NCBI GenBank assembly: GCA_963705105.1
Contig: CAVPIW010000006.1
Span: forward strand, 64,001 to 128,000
From: an uncultured Nitrospiraceae bacterium
GTDB lineage: Bacteria > Nitrospirota > Thermodesulfovibrionia > Thermodesulfovibrionales > Dissulfurispiraceae
Direction of reading: 5' to 3'
Length of the DNA: 64,000 nucleotides
Shown here: one piece after another, positions 59,647-64,000 of the stretch
Layout: the number at the start of each line of letters is the position of its first letter
Position numbering within the stretch: position 1 is the first letter of the stretch
Made by a program: the position numbers and the translations under genes
Notes under the pieces: generated by a model
Told to the model about the DNA's origin: nothing
Seen by the model: the letters and a program-made list of their open reading frames with translations, nothing else
Databases searched by the model: none

Positions 59647-60474
59647 GTGAGAAAAGGACCGGTGAAGCGGAGAGAATCCTTCTCAACCCTCTTCGAACAC
59701 CTCCAGGGTTTCATTCTTGCGTCTTTCGTCATCATCAGCATCCTCGCCGCGACGATCGGGTATCGGTACTACCGGTACACGCAGGACGAGCCTGACTTCT
59801 GCGCTTCCTGCCACCTGATGCAGGCGGCATATTCAGAGTGGCAGAAGGGAAAACACAGCCACATCGTCTGCCAGGCCTGCCATCATCTCAGCCTGCTGGA
59901 ACAGAACCGCATCATGGTCGCCTTCCTCGTCAAAGGGAACAAGCCCCTCCTGCAGTCGCACGGGCGTGAAAAACCATGGAGTGCCTGTATCGAATGCCAT
60001 GGAGACGAGCTGGCGCCGCAACCGGAAAAAGGGCAGAGGGGCTACGGCCATGCGCTCCATGTCTCACTTCAGCACGTCGACTGCATCGGGTGTCACAAGA
60101 CGGCGCTCCATTCCTTTCATCCCGCCGAAAGGGTCTGTGTCACCTGCCATAAGGACCGGGAGATTCACGGCGCCGGCATGGAGACGCTGACCTGTCTCAA
60201 ATGCCATTCCTTCACAAGAAAGTCGCCGGGCCTGCTGCCCCACGACAGCTGCATTGCCTGCCATAAGGCCGCTGTGTCTTCAGGCCCCATGGCCGGCCTC
60301 GCCTGTCATCAGTGTCACAAGCCCCATGAGAAAAAGGCGATCCTGTCCTGCACCGGATCGTGCCATGAGGCGGAGACCCTCAGTGAACCTCACGCCGCGT
60401 ATGAGAAGAAGAATATGCCCTGCATCAGGTGTCACAAACCGCATACCTGGACACCCGCCTCCCGCCAGCGGTAA
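59647..60474 (+). CDS. Membrane-anchored multiheme c cytochrome (9 CxxCH + 1 CxxxCH)
   Basis: N-terminal TM; CASCH, CQACH, CIECH, CIGCH, CVTCH, CLKCH, CIACH, CHQCH, CTGSCH, CIRCH. Confidence 0.88.
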   Translation: MRKGPVKRRESFSTLFEHLQGFILASFVIISILAATIGYRYYRYTQDEPDFCASCHLMQAAYSEWQKGKHSHIVCQACHHLSLLEQNRIMVAFLVKGNKPLLQSHGREKPWSACIECHGDELAPQPEKGQRGYGHALHVSLQHVDCIGCHKTALHSFHPAERVCVTCHKDREIHGAGMETLTCLKCHSFTRKSPGLLPHDSCIACHKAAVSSGPMAGLACHQCHKPHEKKAILSCTGSCHEAETLSEPHAAYEKKNMPCIRCHKPHTWTPASRQR

Positions 60475-60482
60475 GAAAACTC

Positions 60483-60575
60483 TATCGTTGCATACGCCTC
60501 CCGGAAAGGCGGGGCTGGGGTGCATGCGCCGAAAACCTTGCTGATAAAGGCGCTGCCTTCCTGTCGGTGCGTTCG
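60483..60575 (-). repeat. Partial ~190-bp element, copy H (right arm only)
   Basis: TATCGTTGCATACGCCTCCCGGAAAGGCGGGG..ATGCGCCGAAAACCTTGCTG. Confidence 0.8.
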
Positions 60576-60611
60576 TGGTTCTGTTCCAATTGCCGACTGC
60601 AACATCAGCCG

Positions 60612-61124
60612 CTACTGAAGCGTTTTGATGACGCCGAGCGCATTTTCGTAGTCCGGCGGGTTCGTGATCTCCGGGACGATTTCGACATGGCGGACCGTAT
60701 TCGTTTTGTCGATGACGAAAATCGCCCGTGTCAGCAGCCGCAGTTCCTTGATGACGACACCGTATGCCGAGCCGAATGAGAGGTCCCGGTGATCAGACAG
60801 GGCTTTCACCTTGTCGATGCCTGCGGCGGCGCAGAACCGCGCGATGGCAAAGGGCAGGTCGACGCTCATGTTGAGCAAAACGACGTTCCCCGGCAGGTTT
60901 GCCGCCTCCTGGTTGAACCTCCTCGCCTGCATGTCGCAGACGGGCGTGTCCAGAGAGGGAGTGACGCTGATGACCTTGACGGCGTCACCGAAATCGCTCA
61001 GGTGCACCGGCTGGAGTTCCGCGTTCAAAACGGTGAAGTCGGGGGCCCTGTCCCCTGTCTTGATTTCATTGCCTTCGAGCGTGAGCGGATTGCCCATGAA
61101 TGTAATGAGACCTTTGCGTTCCAT
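60612..61124 (-). CDS. tpx: Thiol peroxidase
   Basis: GNPLTL, APDF, PSLDTPVC..QARRFN, SVDLPFA..RFC. Confidence 0.95.
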   Translation of the reverse strand: MERKGLITFMGNPLTLEGNEIKTGDRAPDFTVLNAELQPVHLSDFGDAVKVISVTPSLDTPVCDMQARRFNQEAANLPGNVVLLNMSVDLPFAIARFCAAAGIDKVKALSDHRDLSFGSAYGVVIKELRLLTRAIFVIDKTNTVRHVEIVPEITNPPDYENALGVIKTLQ

Positions 61125-61309
61125 TGTTGTCCTCCCTGACGGATCGTAATATTCAGATGAGATCCCGATCTACAAGGGTCGCCCATCGGACCGGTATTTG
61201 TCAACTATTGTCTCTTGTTTTTCGCATTCCTGCAAAAGCAACCCTCTTTTTCGCAGGAATGCAAAGATATTCTCGCAGTAGAATGACAGAAATACAATGA
61301 GATAAGCAT

Positions 61310-61325
61310 TGGCACGGGACGTGCT
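61310..61325 (+). promoter_or_regulatory. Sigma54 (-24/-12) promoter
   Basis: TGGCACGGGACGTGCT: GG-N10-GC, 39 nt before the ATG. Confidence 0.75.
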
Positions 61326-61364
61326 TCTATGAATGGCATGAACAGCTCAAAAGGAGGCAGGACG

Positions 61365-61679
61365 ATGAAAACGAACGAGACGGCAAAAAAGGGATTGGTC
61401 ATCGGGGCAGGCATCGGGGTCGTCCTGTTTGCGATCATCGGGTTTCTGCCGGGCTCCTTCATCGGCGGCGTCGTCGGCATGAACATCGCGGGGATGCCTC
61501 TGGAGCCGACGATCGGCACGCGGATGATCATGGCGGTATCGATGGTGTTCGGTATCCTCGTGGCGGGCTTTGTCTGCGTGACCGGCACGGCCCTGGCGGG
61601 ATGGATCGTCGGGAGCATTGCAGGGCATGTCCGGACGGCACGGGCGCAGGAAGCGGCGATTGAAAACATTAGACATTAG
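61365..61679 (+). CDS. Small Gly-rich membrane protein (paralog 1)
   Basis: AAAGGAGG RBS; GAGIGVVLFAIIGFLPGSFIGG..EPTI.TR. Confidence 0.85.
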   Translation: MKTNETAKKGLVIGAGIGVVLFAIIGFLPGSFIGGVVGMNIAGMPLEPTIGTRMIMAVSMVFGILVAGFVCVTGTALAGWIVGSIAGHVRTARAQEAAIENIRH

Positions 61680-61749
61680 ACAGCAGAAAATAGACAGTAG
61701 AAAAAAAGAAACAAAGAAACAATAAACAGAAAGGCAAGGAGGACACGAG

Positions 61750-62073
61750 ATGAAAGACATGGTGAGGACGGGGACGAAGGCAGGGGCGGCACTGGGAGGA
61801 TTGGCCTTTGTAGTGTTCGGGATCATCCCGGGATATCATTTCGGCAGTTACGGGACGCTGATGATGCTGAAGCACCTGCTGGGAGAGGCCGTGGAGCCGA
61901 CGATCTTTGTAAGGCTGGCAGTGGCGGTGGGGATCATCTTCGGAATCGCCTGCATGGCATCGGTGAGCATCGTGATGGGCTCGATCGTGGGGACGATGTT
62001 CGGGTATGTGGCAAAGGCCTTCAGCGGAGCGGCGGAGACGAAGAAGACCGTCGAGGTGAAGCAGTCTCAGTAG
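61750..62073 (+). CDS. Small Gly-rich membrane protein (paralog 2)
   Basis: AAGGAGG RBS; GAALGGLAFVVFGIIPGYHFG..EPTIFVR. Confidence 0.85.
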   Translation: MKDMVRTGTKAGAALGGLAFVVFGIIPGYHFGSYGTLMMLKHLLGEAVEPTIFVRLAVAVGIIFGIACMASVSIVMGSIVGTMFGYVAKAFSGAAETKKTVEVKQSQ

Positions 62074-62100
62074 AAGGACAGTCGGAAGGACAGACCATCC

Positions 62101-62124
62101 GGGGAGCTTCGGCTCCCCTTTTTT
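62101..62124 (+). terminator. Intrinsic terminator
   Basis: GGGGAGC-TTCG-GCTCCCC followed by TTTTTT. Confidence 0.85.
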
Positions 62125-62130
62125 GCTTTG

Positions 62131-62310
62131 CAGCTGCTTGAAAAGGCGGGTCGAAGCGCTCTGAAAAACAGTGTCAGTGTGAGTGTCAGTAAAAAGGCTC
62201 ACTTTTTCGACCATCGGGCTGCAACGATGCTTTTGTGACGGTTACGGTGTCGCCGCACCAAGGTTTTCGGCGCATACACCCCGCCTTTCCGGAAGGTGTA
62301 TACAACGATA
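62131..62310 (+). repeat. ~190-bp element, copy I (L2+R2)
   Basis: GAAAAGGCGGGTCGAAGCGCTCTGAAAAACAGTGTCAGTGTGAGTGTCAG ... GGTGTCGCCGCACCAAGGTTTTCGGCGCATACACCCCGCCTTTCC..TACAACGATA. Confidence 0.88.
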
Positions 62311-62550
62311 AGGTTTTTTGCGCAGATCAGCCCCTCCGCCTCTCAAATGATCATAAGCAACTCTCTTTACAAGGTTTTTTCCTCATTTTCCCTTGACTAT
62401 TTCAGGACCGAGATTATACAATTGACAATAGCATGACGACAAGGAGATGGTCAGACAAAGCCTCTTGGATAACGATCAATCAGTCATTCCGATACATGTC
62501 GTGGCGCCACGTTTCTTCAAACGGAAATATCCTGAAAGTGAGCACACATC

Positions 62551-64000
62551 ATGAAACGTAGATTCCCCCAGTCTTTCTACAACCCGATCACTTTTGCCGG
62601 TGCTGCAATTGCCGCCGTGAGCTTCGGCCTGATTCTCATGCTCATTGCGGTCGAAATCCTCACGGAGCATCAGAAGCCCTACATGGGTATTATCACCTTC
62701 ATCATACTGCCGGCCTTTCTCATTATAGGCCTTCTGCTCATTGCAGCAGGCGCCATTCGCCAGCATCGCATCGGGGTCTCCGGGGGACCGCCGGAAATAC
62801 GTCTGCCCTCGATCGATCTCAATGACCCCCGCTATCGCGCGGCATTTATCGTTTTTTCCATCGGCACCTTACTGTTGCTTATGCTGACGGCCTTCGGCAG
62901 TTTCAAGGCTTACGAATACACCGATTCCGACCAGTTCTGCGGCACTATGTGTCATTCCGTCATGGGACCTGAATACACGGCTTATAGATACTCACCGCAC
63001 GCAAGGGTCGGATGCATAAAATGCCATATCGGCCCGGGCGCCGACTGGTTTGTCCGGTCGAAAATATCGGGTTCATACCAGATGTATGCGGTGATGTTCA
63101 ACAAGTACCCCCGGCCTATCCCGACACCGATCGAAAACCTGAGGCCTGCCCAGGAAACCTGCGAGCAGTGTCACTGGCCCAAGCAGTTCTTCAGCGAGAA
63201 ACTGAGCGTCAACACCTATTACCTGTCCGACGATCACAACACCCGGTGGACCCTGAATCTCCTCATGAAGATAGGAGGCGGCAACATCGAGGCCGGCCCG
63301 ACATCAGGCATCCACTGGCATATGAATATCGCCAACGAGGTGACATACGCCGAGGTGGACCCCAAGCGGCAGGTTATTCCCTGGATCCGCTCCAAAAAGC
63401 CTGACGGTTCCGTGAGGATATACCGAAGCACGGACGTGAAGCTGAGCGACGCGGAGATCGAAAAGGCGCCGAAGCGCCGCATGGACTGCATCGATTGTCA
63501 CAACCGGCCGTCCCATATCTACCATCCGCCTTCACAGTCTATCAACCACATGATGTATCTCGGATCGATTGACCCGTCGCTGCCGTACATTAAAGCCGTG
63601 GGGGTCAAGGCCCTCGAGACGGCCTATGACACGAAGGACGAGGGACTCAGAGGAATAGCCCGGCAGGTTGGTGAATTTTACGAAAAGAACTACCCTGAAA
63701 TAGCGAGGAGCAGGAAAGAACAGATCGACAGGGCCGTCTCGGAGTTGCAGACCATATACAGCAGAAACTATTTTCCCGAAATGAAGGTGAGCTGGAGGAT
63801 CTCTCCGGACAACATCGGCCACCTCTATTCTCCGGGCTGTTTCCGCTGCCATGACGGCAAGCATGTGAGCGAGGACGGGAAGGTCCTGTCCAAGGACTGC
63901 AATGTCTGTCACACCATTCTGGCCCAGCAGATCGACAAGGACCGTGTGGAGGCCTCCATAAAGGGTGTGGAATACCGCCATCCCGTCGATATCGGTGACG
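62551..64000 (+). CDS. Inner-membrane multiheme cytochrome, NapC/NirT-containing ImcH-like (3' end outside window; absent from the ORF track)
   Basis: MKRRFPQSFYNPIT, ~3 TM helices (PYMGIITF), FCGTMCH, SPHARVGCIKCHIGPGA, LRPAQETCEQCH, GIHWH, MDCIDCHNRPSH, GCFRCHDG, CNVCH. Confidence 0.85.
   Translation, partial: MKRRFPQSFYNPITFAGAAIAAVSFGLILMLIAVEILTEHQKPYMGIITFIILPAFLIIGLLLIAAGAIRQHRIGVSGGPPEIRLPSIDLNDPRYRAAFIVFSIGTLLLLMLTAFGSFKAYEYTDSDQFCGTMCHSVMGPEYTAYRYSPHARVGCIKCHIGPGADWFVRSKISGSYQMYAVMFNKYPRPIPTPIENLRPAQETCEQCHWPKQFFSEKLSVNTYYLSDDHNTRWTLNLLMKIGGGNIEAGPTSGIHWHMNIANEVTYAEVDPKRQVIPWIRSKKPDGSVRIYRSTDVKLSDAEIEKAPKRRMDCIDCHNRPSHIYHPPSQSINHMMYLGSIDPSLPYIKAVGVKALETAYDTKDEGLRGIARQVGEFYEKNYPEIARSRKEQIDRAVSELQTIYSRNYFPEMKVSWRISPDNIGHLYSPGCFRCHDGKHVSEDGKVLSKDCNVCHTILAQQIDKDRVEASIKGVEYRHPVDIGD

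Overview
The window is a composite of two unrelated genomes joined abruptly at ~18,953/18,954. Bases 1-~18,953 are very GC-rich eukaryotic nuclear DNA, most likely a green alga. It carries spliceosomal GT-AG introns of ~150-210 nt full of (GA)n/(CT)n and poly-A/T runs, and nuclear genes for plastid FtsZ, a plastid-type soluble pyrophosphatase, a PAP-fibrillin, AsnRS with a WHEP-like insert and a DDX20-like helicase. Several frameshifts there look like sequencing errors. Bases ~18,954-64,000 are a gene-dense bacterial chromosome, probably an anaerobic Nitrospirota (Thermodesulfovibrionia-like) or deltaproteobacteria-like organism; the taxonomy is inference. In order it holds: truncated RND pump, emrA-emrB, NTase-like/TPM/lemA, copA, HD-GYP regulator, rnj, uppP, ftsK, lolA, a RACo/ASKHA protein, an in-frame cysE-cysS fusion, rlmB, a HEPN/MNT islet, the tRNA(Thr-Tyr-Gly-Thr)-tuf-rpmG-tRNA(Trp)-secE-nusG-rplKAJL-rpoBC cluster, Mut7-C, a K+ channel, two multiheme cytochromes, tpx and a sigma54-type pair of paralogous membrane proteins. 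The most notable signals are: (1) a ~190-bp intergenic element in ~10 copies with covarying terminal stems and left/right arms shuffled in all four combinations; (2) nested repeat families, one of which brackets an inverted gene; (3) the CysE-CysS fusion; (4) a HEPN/MNT islet flanked by a 40-bp duplication of the rlmB 3' end; (5) tRNA-Trp overlapping the rpmG stop codon. No CRISPR array or transposase was seen.
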